Below are positions 1 through 10,339 of a stretch of 26,208 bases of DNA, in pieces. The stretch comes from Octopus sinensis (Eukaryota): positions 1 to 26,208 of the forward strand of contig NW_021835602.1 in assembly GCF_006345805.1 (NCBI RefSeq). The letters are read 5' to 3'. The stretch's first letter is position 1; every line of letters begins with the position of its first letter. The notes beneath the pieces are model-generated. The model had not been told where the DNA came from, ran no database searches, and saw only the letters and a program-made list of their open reading frames with translations. Made by a program: the position numbers and the translations under genes.

Positions 1-1028
1 AGATCACAAGACCACAATAGCCTTGTCTTGCAAACTCTCACCCTCTCTCTCCCTGCTACACCATCGATGCCATTGTCATCCAGAAGAATCGCCCATTATG
101 TTGAATACCTAAATGTTACTCTTACAATGCCACTCAGTGAAACACAATTATGAAAATCCTTAACCTCCTCATTGTTTTTATTTTCAATTGTTTGCAACAG
201 TCACAATGCTGTGTGATTTGTTGTTTTGTTAGTCTTTTCTTTTTGTTATTTTTATTTATTTTGTGTTATTGTTGCTGGTGTATCTTTTTTATGCTCTTTT
301 TTGTTTCTTTTTCTAATTTTTTTTTTTTTTTTGTCTTTGAGAGTATTTCCAAGTCCAAATTTGTACGAAAGGAATTTTCCTGTTAGAATTCTTCCTGGAA
401 CAGATAAGAACAAAATAAGGCAAAGCAAAATTAAATGAAGCAGTATTAACATATTTGCTTGGATTCGAACACCTATATCTATTTTTCTTCGCTTTAGAAA
501 ACGTTCCTTTCATTTTTAACTAACCGTCCCAATTATAATCACTATCACTTCCGCCACCATTTCCGGCAATAACACAACCCCTGATGCTAGTAATGCTCCC
601 AGTTTAAAAGCAGCATCGAATAAATCTCCAATACACTGAAAACATCCTGGTTTTCAAACAGCGCATATAACAAGAGAGGTGCCAAACTAACAGTAACTAA
701 ACTTCCCTTACATCCTAAACAACCCAAACAACACATGCCACGCTAAGCTAGCTGTGACAACATTTACCCAGGCAACAACTTCTGCTCCTCACACCTAATA
801 ATGGCCAACGCCAAAGCTTCAACTCTAAAAAAACCTGAAGAATTCCTAGTATTCACTAACGATCAAAACTACACGTAGCAACAATGTCAAAGTAACGGTA
901 TGTGGAAGGGGATCGTCGATCGAGCGACGGGACTGCTTGATTTAGGACTAACCTGGGGTTATACAACCATCACAGCCGCTGTTAAGGCCACAAATATAGC
1001 AATTATCAATAACGCCAGCTCCAAACTG

Positions 1029-1040
1029 ATCATTATCATC

Positions 1041-1072
<32 letters not shown>

Positions 1073-1093
1073 CATCATCACCATCATCATCAC

Positions 1094-1135
<42 letters not shown>

Positions 1136-1136
1136 T

Positions 1137-1174
<38 letters not shown>

Positions 1175-1183
1175 TATCATCAT
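1029..1183. repeat. (ATC)n trinucleotide microsatellite with degenerate (CAT/CAC/TAC) extension to ~1347
   Basis: Direct reading; explains the poly-Ile, poly-Asp and poly-Met ORFs at 900-1295. Confidence 0.97.
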
Positions 1184-1850
1184 AAACAACCAAAAACATT
1201 ACTAGCAGCAGCAGCATCATTATCGTCATGAATGTCACCACCAAACTTGCCGTCATCGCCACCAACACCACCATCATTGTCACCGCTGTTATCAACCCCC
1301 TCCGTCACCACCACGATTTCTACTACTACTACCACTACTATCACTATCAACCGCTAGAAATACCAGCCAGTGATAAACACTCATTAATTCCTATAATTAA
1401 ATTAGTGAAGTTCGCAACTGTGGATGATTTTGTTTTATTGTCATTTATTTAGTTAGTTCGTTATTAGTACCCGTTGCTTAGCAACGAGTAGAATACCATA
1501 GATGGCTGGGTTTATCATTTGCCTGTTTTTAGCCCTACCTTCAAACTATCCTCTATACTCAAATGTAAAACTTAAATGAGTCTCTAGTCCAGCTAATGTT
1601 GGCTATGTCCAGGTCAATGTTTCAAACCTTACCTGGTGTTGGACGATTAAATATCGTGATAACTGCTTTAAATAAAGAAGATTCTACCGAAACAGCTATC
1701 GTAAATTTTAAACCCCAAATGTGTTTACTTCTTACGTATTCATGTATATGTATACATTGTGCCTTGAGTCACTTTGTAATTTCTGCAGATTACAATGTAT
1801 GCAGATTCATGTTTGAGGTATATTACCAAATATATATATATATATATATA

Positions 1851-2003
1851 TCTTTTATCTTTTATCTTTTACTTGTTTCAGTCATTTGACTGCGACCATG
1901 CTGGAGCACCGCCTTTAGTCGAGCAAATCGACCCCGGGACTTATTCTTTGTAAGCCCAGTACTTATTCTATCGGTCTCTTTTGCCGAACCGCTAAGTGAC
2001 GGA
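1851..2003 (-). mobile_element. SINE family A, 5'-truncated 3' fragment
   Basis: Reverse complement matches the 3' half of the full copy at 16758-17178 (CGGTTCGGCAAAAGAGACCGATAGAATAAGTAC...CCAGCATGG.CGCAGTCAAATGACTGAAACAAGTAAAAG). 12-bp duplication CCGAACCGCTAA at 1984-1995 and 2004-2015 at the truncation point. Confidence 0.9.
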
Positions 2004-2234
2004 CCGAACCGCTAATATATATTAATTAGATTATTTTGCTGTTATTTCCAGCAGGCAGACATACTTAGTATGTCCTTTGATTCATTTTAATCCTTCAGCT
2101 ATTTAATGCCTTTTTGGGGTCTGCAATCGCCTATATTATTGATTCTATTATTATCATTTTTAAATTGCTACACGAGATAATAATAGAGTCAATGATATCT
2201 TCGCAAATTATTTTCTCCTGAATTATTTGCTCCG

Positions 2235-2235
<1 letters not shown>

Positions 2236-2309
<74 letters not shown>
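2236..2309. repeat. (TG)n microsatellite
   Basis: Direct reading. Confidence 0.98.
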
Positions 2310-2310
<1 letters not shown>

Positions 2311-2327
2311 ATGTATGTATATAAGAC

Positions 2328-2543
2328 ATTCCTTTCTGCTAAAAGTACAAGGCCTAAGATTTTGGGGCAAGCGGGGTGGGATCAGTCGATTACATCAACC
2401 TCAGTGCTTGAGTGGTACTTATTTCATCGACCGCGATAGGATGAAAGGCAAATTCGACGTCGGCAGAATTGAACAGAGAGCGCAAGGACGAACGGAATGC
2501 CGCCAGGCATACAGCCCGACGTGTTAACGACTCTGTCACTTCA
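2328..2543 (-). mobile_element. tRNA-derived SINE family B
   Basis: Shares TGGTACTTATTT.ATCGAC...GGATGAAAGGCAAA.TCGAC.TCGGC.GAATT.GAAC with copies at 19398, 23297 and 23725. B-box-like GTTCAATTC on the minus strand (2464-2474). Confidence 0.8.
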
Positions 2544-2653
2544 TATATAATATAATATATTGTATTATATATGAATGTGTGTGTGTGTATATATTTATAA
2601 ACACATACACACACACACTGGGGGGGGGCGAGAGAAATAGATAACTTAACTAA

Positions 2654-2732
<79 letters not shown>

Positions 2733-2753
2733 TGGATGGATGGATGGATGGAG

Positions 2754-2795
<42 letters not shown>

Positions 2796-2836
2796 TAGAT
2801 AGATAGATAGATAGATAGATGGATGGATGGATGGAG

Positions 2837-2905
<69 letters not shown>
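2654..2905. repeat. (GATA)n microsatellite with two (GGAT)n-GAGA variant blocks; 3' flank of the Tx1 element
   Basis: Direct reading. Confidence 0.97.
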
Positions 2906-5900
2906 TGTTTCTTTATTAGCCACACAGGGCTGCACACAGATAGAACAAATTACAAGTAGAGCTTTTCTTTTGAAGGTTAAAAAAAAAAAAGGGAAGGGGG
3001 GAGTTTCGATCAAAAGGGATCGTAAAGGAGAGAAAGAGGACAAAAAAGGGGGGGTAAAAAAAAAGGGGAGAGGAAAAAAAATTGATCAATAGGGATCGTT
3101 ATCACAGAAATGTCAATATGAAGTGTAAAGGGGAGGACAAGTGAGGTTTACCCGTGGAAAGAAAAGCCTACGGAAAAGACCACGGTAACCTCGGTCAATG
3201 AAGTCACATTTTATATTTATTTTTTTTTTTTTTTGCAAATAAGCAACTCTCTGTTTTGATTTCTGGGTTCATAGGACTATGCTCAAGGTGGCTTCGTCAT
3301 TCATACGTGCCATTCTTGCTACATTCACCCATCTTTTTTTAAAACATTCGCTAGACAAAACTTGCCTCTCTACTCTCACTTTCCTTTTCAAGTGGTACTG
3401 TGAAGAAGTTGATGAGAGATTGACCAAGAGGAAAGTGTTTGTCTCCAATCCTTTCAGACGCGTCCACCAGATACATTCTTTCGCCATAGCCACAAGGATG
3501 ATGAAAATAGCTCTTCCTTCCCGTTTGAGGAAGGAGGCGTGACAATATTGACGATAGACTCAGCTGATAAACCGACTCGTCCCACACGTGACAGCAGTTG
3601 TTCGACATAAGCCCACAGGTCGGAAATTGTTGGACACTGATCGAGTGCGTGCAGAACGGTTTCGTCGCTCTGACCGCATCTCGGGCAGGTCGGCCCCGTG
3701 TTTCTCGAGCCGTGTCTGTAGAGCTTATCCCGAACGGGTAGCGCTTCTCGGTAGCACCGCCAGGCCAGGGATCTCTGGAAGTTGTCATGGGCCCTGGCCC
3801 GAAAGTCGTCCTGAACAGGCGGGTCAGGTACTCCTCGTCGATGTCCAGGTTCGCCCCGAGCTCGTCGTCGTACTCCCCTCCACTAAACCCCTATAGAATG
3901 CTTGGTTGTGTTGAAGTCACTTAAGGTCGACCCAGGACAGCAGAGTTGCTTGAGAGCAACGCGACACTCGCGGTGCCATTCGCCCTTCCTCGGCCTCTTT
4001 TTGATCCACGACTGCAGTTCGGTCATGGAGACGAGCTGCGGGAAAGCGTGCCTCACAAACGGCGACCACACCTGTTCACCGTCGTCTACATAGAGCCAGA
4101 GATGTCGCAGTCTCAGCGCGTGTCTGCGCATCATCAACCACGGCATGCCCAGCCCTCCTTTTAACGGGTGTTGACAGCAAATGGATCGCCTGACCATCGG
4201 GACGCATCCTTTCCACAAGAAGCGAAAGAGAATGCGTTGTAGTTTGGTGATGGTAGGGTCGGACAAGGTACGACGGTCAGGCGGTAGTAGATGACGGACG
4301 CGATGTACGTGTTCGCCACCTCCGCTCGACCTTTTAAGGACAGTTTCCTCTCGGCCCATTGCCGGGCGAGAGTGACCACCCTACTCGTTATCTCGTTCCA
4401 GTTCTTCTCCACTTGGAGGTCCGGACCAAACCAGACCCCGAGCAACTCAACCGGCCGTCGGTCCAGCGTCCACGACGGAGGCGCTGGAGGACGGCATGGC
4501 TTGCTTCTCCAGGTGCCTAGTCGCAAGCCCACTGACTTTTCCCGGTTGATTTTCGCTCCTGTCACCGCTTCGTAGTTTTTCAGTGTCTCGCCGACCAGCT
4601 CGATGTGCTCGTGGCTAGACACTATGACGGTGACGTCGTCCGCGTATGCAGACACGCTCGTCCCGCATCCCAATTCTCGCGGATGCCCCTTAGAGTCGCC
4701 AGCTTCCGCAGTAGTGGCTCAAGAGTCAATACGTATAGAAGCGCCGAGAGGGGGCATCCCTGACGGACCGAACGTGCATGTCGAAAGGTCTCGATAGATG
4801 TCCATTTACGCGAATTACCGAACGGATGCCTCTGTACAAGGCAGCTATCCAGCCGCGGAAGACGGGACCGAAACCAGCTGCTCTCAGGACTGCCTCCAAG
4901 TATCGATGGTCTACCCTATCAAAGGCTTTCGATTGATCCAAGTTGATCAGGGCCCCACCCATGCCAGGTTCGTTAACTACCCTGTCTATGATGTAGCGCA
5001 TCAGATGGAGGTTGTCATGGATGGTCCGGCCTGGCACGGCGCACGTTTGCGCCTTGTCGACCAGTTTCTCGATGACAAGCGCCCCTCTGGCTAGCACCTT
5101 GGCCAAAATTTTCAAGTCTGCATTAAGCAGAGTGATGGCCTAAAGTTATCTATTACATTTCCCTTGTTTAGATCTTTCTTCAGCAGTGTTACGGCCCCTC
5201 GGCTCACAAACCAGGAATGCTCCCGTTTTGCTGCCAGTTGCAGTACACCGCCGCCAAGAGATCTCCAAACAAGTCTGGCATACAATTGTAAAGCTCGTAG
5301 GGTAGAACCATCCAAACCCGGTGATTTGTCCCTCGAGCATTCTGCCATCGCTTCCTGCACTTCCGCGCCGTGATGGCACCTTCGCAGCACCTGCCTTTCT
5401 TGTCGAGAGTCGTGGTAGGCTATGTAGGTAGGCACTGAAGTCCACCCTACGTTCTTGCCCTCCACTCGTTCCGAACAGTCGGGCAAAATGCTGCTGAAAG
5501 GCCTCACCATTTTACTTGGCTCGAGCAATTCGCGCCCCTGTTCCTACCAGGGACCGAATGGTGGCTTTGTTGCCCTGTTGCGCCTCTGCCACCCTGGCCT
5601 CTCTCGCGGCTCCAACACCTTCGTTCCTTAGAGCACGCATCCTAGCTCTGACAGCACATCCTTCGTGTTTGGCGTTGAAGTGTTGGTCGAGGGCCAACCT
5701 CGCCGCCAAAACGTCGGATGCGATGCCACTTCTAATTGCCTCTTCTAGCTTCTTAACTAGCTCACCCTCTACTCTATTTCTATATGGCTAGGTATGTGCT
5801 TTGTGTACCTAATCGCTTCTGCTTTTACTGCTCTCTTGAGGGCAAACCACCATTGTTGTTGATGATGGCTCCGTCAAAGCCCTCTTTACTAGTGTGCTAA

Positions 5901-6710
5901 TCCGGTCTCTGAAAACCTGTCTCGATGGGAAAGACGCGTTTAGTTTCCAGTATCCGGGACCCTGCCTAAGTGTCTTACCTAAGTCTAGCGTACATGTCAC
6001 AAGTTTGTGATCCGTGTAGCTGACTATGTGGAATTGTGGACATCCTATGCTATCTCTATCTACTGTCCTACACAGTATCCTATCTAGATACGATCTCGAC
6101 GACCCGATGCGGTTGCTCCATGTCCACGTTGGCGCATTCGGGTGGTCTAGTCGGAACCTGTCAGACAGTTGAAAGCGTCTGAGCAGGTCTCTGAGGCATT
6201 TGCATCCCCGTCTATTCCTATCTCTACCCACGTAGTCTACATGCGTGTCCAAGGTAGCATTCCAATCCCCCACTAAGAGTAAAGGACGAGACGTTCCCAA
6301 GAATACTTCTAGACGTTGAAAGAAATCCGCCCGACCTGTTAAGGGCGGTGCGTAAACTGATACGAGTCGAAAAGCGCACCCATTGCTGCCGTCGACATCC
6401 AGGACGACCAGTCTACCCTCCGGGTCTACGAATATTGTCCTTACTTTGAGATCCAGACTCTTGTGAAAAAGTACCGCGGTGCCACTACCGCCCATTCTCG
6501 GCAGACAGGGGGGGAAATAAATGTTGAACTGTCCGCCAAACATGGTCTTTAGGGCCCGCGGATTGTGGAGTCTGGTCTCACTTATGGCTATGATTTCTAA
6601 CTTATGTGACTTTATGTCATTTAAGAGGTACCCTTGTTTCCAAGGGGACCCCAAGCCACGCGCATTTACACAACCAATCTTGATCATAGTTCTAATGAAT
6701 TAGAATACAG
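2906..6710 (-). mobile_element. Non-LTR retrotransposon, L1/Tx1 clade, ORF2 only, frameshifted
   Basis: APE endonuclease, RT and C-terminal CCHC motifs (see ORF2). AATAAA (tttatt 2912-2917) lies 6 nt before the 3' junction. Both ends abut (GATA)n. Clade call rests on motif recognition (GPGYWKLN linker, KSPGLDG, QGCPLS, YADD, CX2CX8HX4C). Confidence 0.92.
3269..6687 (-). pseudogene. Tx1-like ORF2 (APE endonuclease, reverse transcriptase, CCHC knuckle) broken by multiple frameshifts
   Basis: EN 5809-6687: IGCVNARGL, ISETRL, VSVYAP, VGDWNA, SYLDRI, TDHK, GPGYWKLN. RT ~4160-5330: KSPGLDG, NFRP, KILAKVLA, LDQSKAFDRVDH, QGCPLS, SAYADDVT, AKINREKS. CPRCGQSDETVLHALDQC at 3634-3687. Stop at 3269. Confidence 0.93.
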
Positions 6711-6814
<104 letters not shown>

Positions 6815-6863
6815 TGTAATATACAGCTGTGTGCGTGTATGTGCGTGCGCGTGCGTGTTTTAC

Positions 6864-6938
6864 TGTTGATTCCGTCGATGACGGCGAGTGCCAGTGTATA
6901 GAGGAAGCAGTGTCGTTCATTTTTCCAGGGCTTCGTGA
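6864..6938 (-). other. Candidate 75-nt internal exon of an unidentified host gene
   Basis: Pyrimidine tract (CCTT)n-CCACAG acceptor (AG = 6940-6939), CA|GTAAAA donor (GT = 6863-6862). Length divisible by 3, ~51% GC, two open frames. No homology recognised. Confidence 0.3.
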
Positions 6939-7121
6939 CTGTGGAAGGAAGGAAGGAAGGGAGGGAGAGAGGGAGTAGGTTGCATGCTTGCTACATAAAA
7001 GAAAAGCCGTTAATATCTCTAAAGGACCCTATCATAGAGTGAAACCTGAGGCCGGATATGGATTAAGTCAAATTATCACCCAGGGAACTGGAACAAATAC
7101 GGCAAAACCTCTCATCCGTGA

Positions 7122-7272
7122 GAGGGGAGGAACCGATTCCAGTATATGACTGGTTCTTCACTAATAAAAGACAACGTTGAGACCGGCAGGATTTGAATTC
7201 AGAATGCAAGGAACTAGAATTACGGAAAGGTATTTTAGCGACGGTTTGACCATTCTGCCGATCGATCACTTT
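7122..7272 (-). mobile_element. Degenerate SINE family B fragment
   Basis: GGCAGGATTTGAATTCAGAA...GACCATTCTGCC aligns by eye to the family B head. Confidence 0.5.
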
Positions 7273-7404
7273 AGGACGAATATAAAAGAACTATAATCAA
7301 TATATTGATTAAGACAATATCATTAACAGCTTCAGGAGTGAATTAATAACTGGAATAATCTTTGGAATCTGCTGGAATCTACAAGTTCTCTGAAGAAGTG
7401 AGGT

Positions 7405-7910
7405 CAACGCATAGCATAAGTGGTCTTGTTGCTATGGCTTGCTTCCCAACCACATGGTTCTGAGTTCAATATCACTGCGAAGCACTTAGGGAAAATGTCT
7501 TCTACTACTAATGCCGCGAACCGACCAAACTCTTATGAGTAGTTTTAGTAAACGGAAATAGAAAGAAACCCTTTTGCATATATATATGTATGCATGTGTG
7601 TGTATGTGACAGAAAGAGAGAGAGGAGTGTGGATGTGTGTGTGTGTGTGTGTGTGTGTGTGTTGTGTGTGTGTGTGACAGAAAGAGAGAGTAAGAGAGGG
7701 CGGTGTATTTCTTCCCATCACCACTTCACAATTGATGTTGCTTTATTTACGTACCCGTAACTTAGCGGTTCGGCAGAAGAGATCGATAGGATAAGTACCA
7801 GGTTTTAAAAAAATAAGTACTGGGGTCGATTCATTTCACTAAAAATTCTTGAATGTGATGCTCCAGAATGGCCGCAGTTTAATGACTGAATCAAGTAAAA
7901 AATAAAAGAG
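7405..7910 (+). mobile_element. SINE family A, diverged full-length copy with expanded internal (TG)/(GA) tract
   Basis: GCTTGCTTCCCAACCACATGGTTCTGAGTTCAA head, CCGTAACTTAGCGGTTCGGCAG body and CTCCAGAATGGCCGCAG..TGACTGAATCAAGTAAAA tail are collinear with 16758-17178. Confidence 0.85.
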
Positions 7911-7914
7911 AGAA

Positions 7915-8275
7915 GATTCTTTACCCTTCCGTGAACCCCTTCCATGAACCCCGCTGCGCAATACCAAAGGTTCCGCCTATTCCGTCTTGACAAAGCACCT
8001 AATACCGTAAAAGCTACAAGCTGACGGGGCGGGGGCCTCGCGAATATGAAAAGGCGCGTCATAAAACCTATTTTCATCTAATATACCTGAAGAGTCCACA
8101 TCACGGCAAAACCTCGAAGAAGGGCAGCATTTCCAACTCACAACTTCCTCGGGACCCTTTCTGAAGAAAGAACCAGGAAGAGAATCTATGATAAGCAAAT
8201 ATTTGTGCTAACTGTGCGGCCCCAGCATGGCCGCCACGGCCTCTCAATGAAACCAATAAAAGAGTACAAAAGTAA
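7915..8275 (+). mobile_element. Unclassified interspersed element ending in a family-A-like 3' tail
   Basis: Tail GCGGCCCCAGCATGGCCGC...TGAAACCAATAAAAGAGTA (8216-8266) resembles the SINE A tail; the body is unrelated. Confidence 0.4.
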
Positions 8276-8310
8276 ATACAAATCAGATATACATACATAT
8301 ATACACACTC

Positions 8311-8467
8311 ATGTGTATGTGTGTATGCGTGTAAATATGTGTGTGTAAATGTGTGTGTGTAAATGTGTGTGTGTAAATGTGAGTGTGTAAATGTGTGTGT
8401 GTAAGTGTGTGTGTTTGTGTGTGTGTGTGTTTGTGTGTTTGTGTGTGTGTGCGTGTGTGTGTGTGTG
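8311..8467. repeat. Compound (TG)n / GTAAAT-interrupted microsatellite
   Basis: Direct reading. Confidence 0.9.
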
Positions 8468-8964
8468 TAAACTTACTGACGCTAGTAAAGTCAGAATCGA
8501 ATTCTCTATCACCAAGAAAGCCAAACCAAGCAGTTGTAGAGCCAAAAATATATAAAATACATTTATGATTCGTATGTGGTGGGCATGGCTGAGGTGATGG
8601 GATGAATGGGGTAGGGTTGGGTGGTGAAACCTGATGGGGGTGTTAATAATGAAGGTGAGTGTACTGATGCTGGGAGTAGCGGTAGTAGTTGTAATGGTGT
8701 GAGGGTAGTTGTTTAGGTGGTGGTGGTGGTGGTGGGGGCGATGGAAATTGTCGCTCCACCAATCAAAGAGCCTAATGTAATCTACAGAAACACGACTTCG
8801 CCGCAGGGTGTCGTGGTAGTTAATGCTTATAAGTGGTTGTGACACCCCTGACGGTCCCCTTTGCCAGGACTCTTAGCTCTGGATTCCTTTTACCTTTCAA
8901 GGGAGCAAATACATTATCAGGCGAACGTGACATTTCGTACAAGACCCTATTTGTAGATCCGAAC

Positions 8965-9033
8965 GTGTGTGTATGTGTGTGTGTATATATGTATATAGGT
9001 ATGTATATATGTATGTATGTATGTATATTACGT

Positions 9034-9065
<32 letters not shown>

Positions 9066-9100
9066 TATAAATATATATATATACATGTATATATATGTGT

Positions 9101-9131
<31 letters not shown>

Positions 9132-9155
9132 AATATTATATATATATATATATAG
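8965..9155. repeat. Compound (TG)/(TATG)/(TA)n microsatellite
   Basis: Direct reading. Confidence 0.92.
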
Positions 9156-9294
9156 CTATATTAAATAGATTATCTATAACACACAAGCAATAAAGATTCA
9201 AGTTAATTTAAATGAATTTACTTGAATATGGTACCTAACTTAGATGCACCAAAAAAAACTATACTGTTTTAACAATACAGTAATGCGGGGTGAT

Positions 9295-9744
9295 TATAAG
9301 CGGAAAGAAGCAACAAGAATGGATGTTTTTAGTACAATCGTTTCATACAAGACAGGCTTATTAAAGTTTGTAAAAATTACAGCATATAACGTGTCCGTAC
9401 AATCAGCTAATACATGTGAGTTCTCTAGACATCCTAGTGGTGAGGCTATACTCATGAAAGTAATGTAGATAATTAAGTAACATAAACATAAACAGATTTC
9501 CAAAGTTCATTACAGTTTCTTTAAAGATGATGTATCTGTTTATGTTTATGTTACTTATTATCTACATTACTTCATGATATAGCCTCAACCACTAGGATGT
9601 CTAGAGAACTCACATGTATTTTAGCTGATGAGTACGGGACACGTTTATATGCTGTAATTTTTACAACTTTTAATAAAGCCTGTCCTTGTATGAAACGATT
9701 GTACTAAAAACCTATCCATTCTTGTTGCTTCTTTCCCGCTTATA
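9295..9744. mobile_element. Long inverted-repeat element (arms 9295-9497 and 9534-9744, 36-nt spacer), PLE pseudo-LTR-like
   Basis: Arms are reverse complements with scattered indels (TATAAGCGGAAAGAAGCAACAAGAATGGAT... vs ...ATCCATTCTTGTTGCTTCTTTCCCGCTTATA). Each arm carries an HHR motif. Confidence 0.85.
9619..9709 (+). ncRNA. Type I hammerhead ribozyme motif, canonical core
   Basis: Helix I TTTTAG (9619-24) / CTAAAA (9704-09); core CTGATGA (9625-31); helix II GTACGGGACA / TGTCCTTGTAT; GAAA (9692-95); near-palindromic helix III ACGATTGT; GUA cleavage triplet, cut after A9703. Confidence 0.85.
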
Positions 9745-9977
9745 TATATATATATATATATATCTGTGTGTGTATATATGTGTGTTTGCGTATCTACGTA
9801 TAATCAAACATAGATATGAATATGTACATATATGAATATATAAATATATTCATGCACATATCACTATGTAAGTGTATGTGTATGTATGTATGTGTATGTA
9901 TGTGTATTTGGGGAGGTGAATGAAGGGATGAAAATATGGACGCAAGTTTGTAGGAATTAATATATATATGGATATGT

Positions 9978-10165
9978 ATTCTTTTGTTTGTTTCAGTCAT
10001 TTGACTGCGGCTTTACTGGAGCAACGCAGTAAAGGGGGTTTTAGCATAGTACTTATTCTATCGCTCAATTTTGCCAAGCTGCTAAGTTACTGGGACATAA
10101 ATACACCAACATCGGTTGTCAAGCGATGGTAGGGGCACAAACACAGACACACACACATAAATATA
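9978..10165 (-). mobile_element. SINE family A 3' portion, internally deleted
   Basis: GTTTCAGTCATTTGACTGCGG..CTGGAGCA, TACTTATTCTATCG, CACCAACATCGGTTGTCAAGCGATG match family A. Confidence 0.85.
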
Positions 10166-10339
10166 TACATGTGTGTGTGTGGGTGTGTTGGTGTGTGTGT
10201 GTGTATACATTATTGTGTCTGGGGAGAGTCATTCTCTTTTAGTGCCTTATTAATTTAACACACTCACTGGTCTGATTTCCACTCACTTGTTTATTTTTAC
10301 TAAAATTTTCATTGCATCTTGCAATTTTCATCACTCTCA

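Noticed and set aside
835-880. CTGAAGA motif (also at 7390, 8161; CTGATGA at 12681 and on the minus strand at 17976-17982; CTGAGGA on the minus strand at 10824-10830)
   Set aside because: No stem followed by GAAA and NUH in register. The 17976-17982 hit is the FADD codons of the RT fragment.
490-900. A/C-skewed segment suggestive of a mitochondrial insertion or hydrophobic ORF
   Set aside because: All frames are interrupted and no mitochondrial protein motif is recognisable.
900-1295. Poly-Ile, poly-Asp and poly-Met ORFs
   Set aside because: Products of the (ATC)n microsatellite.
1468-1490. Small hairpin TACCCGTTGC-TTA-GCAACGAGTA
   Set aside because: 10-bp stem with one mismatch and no associated element boundaries; may be chance or a Helitron-like relic.
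3279-5791. Plus-strand ORFs overlapping the LINE
   Set aside because: Antisense shadows of the GC-rich ORF2; no recognisable motifs.
8740-8965. GC-richer unique segment with open frames on both strands and possible splice sites
   Set aside because: No consistent acceptor-donor pair and no recognisable protein motif.
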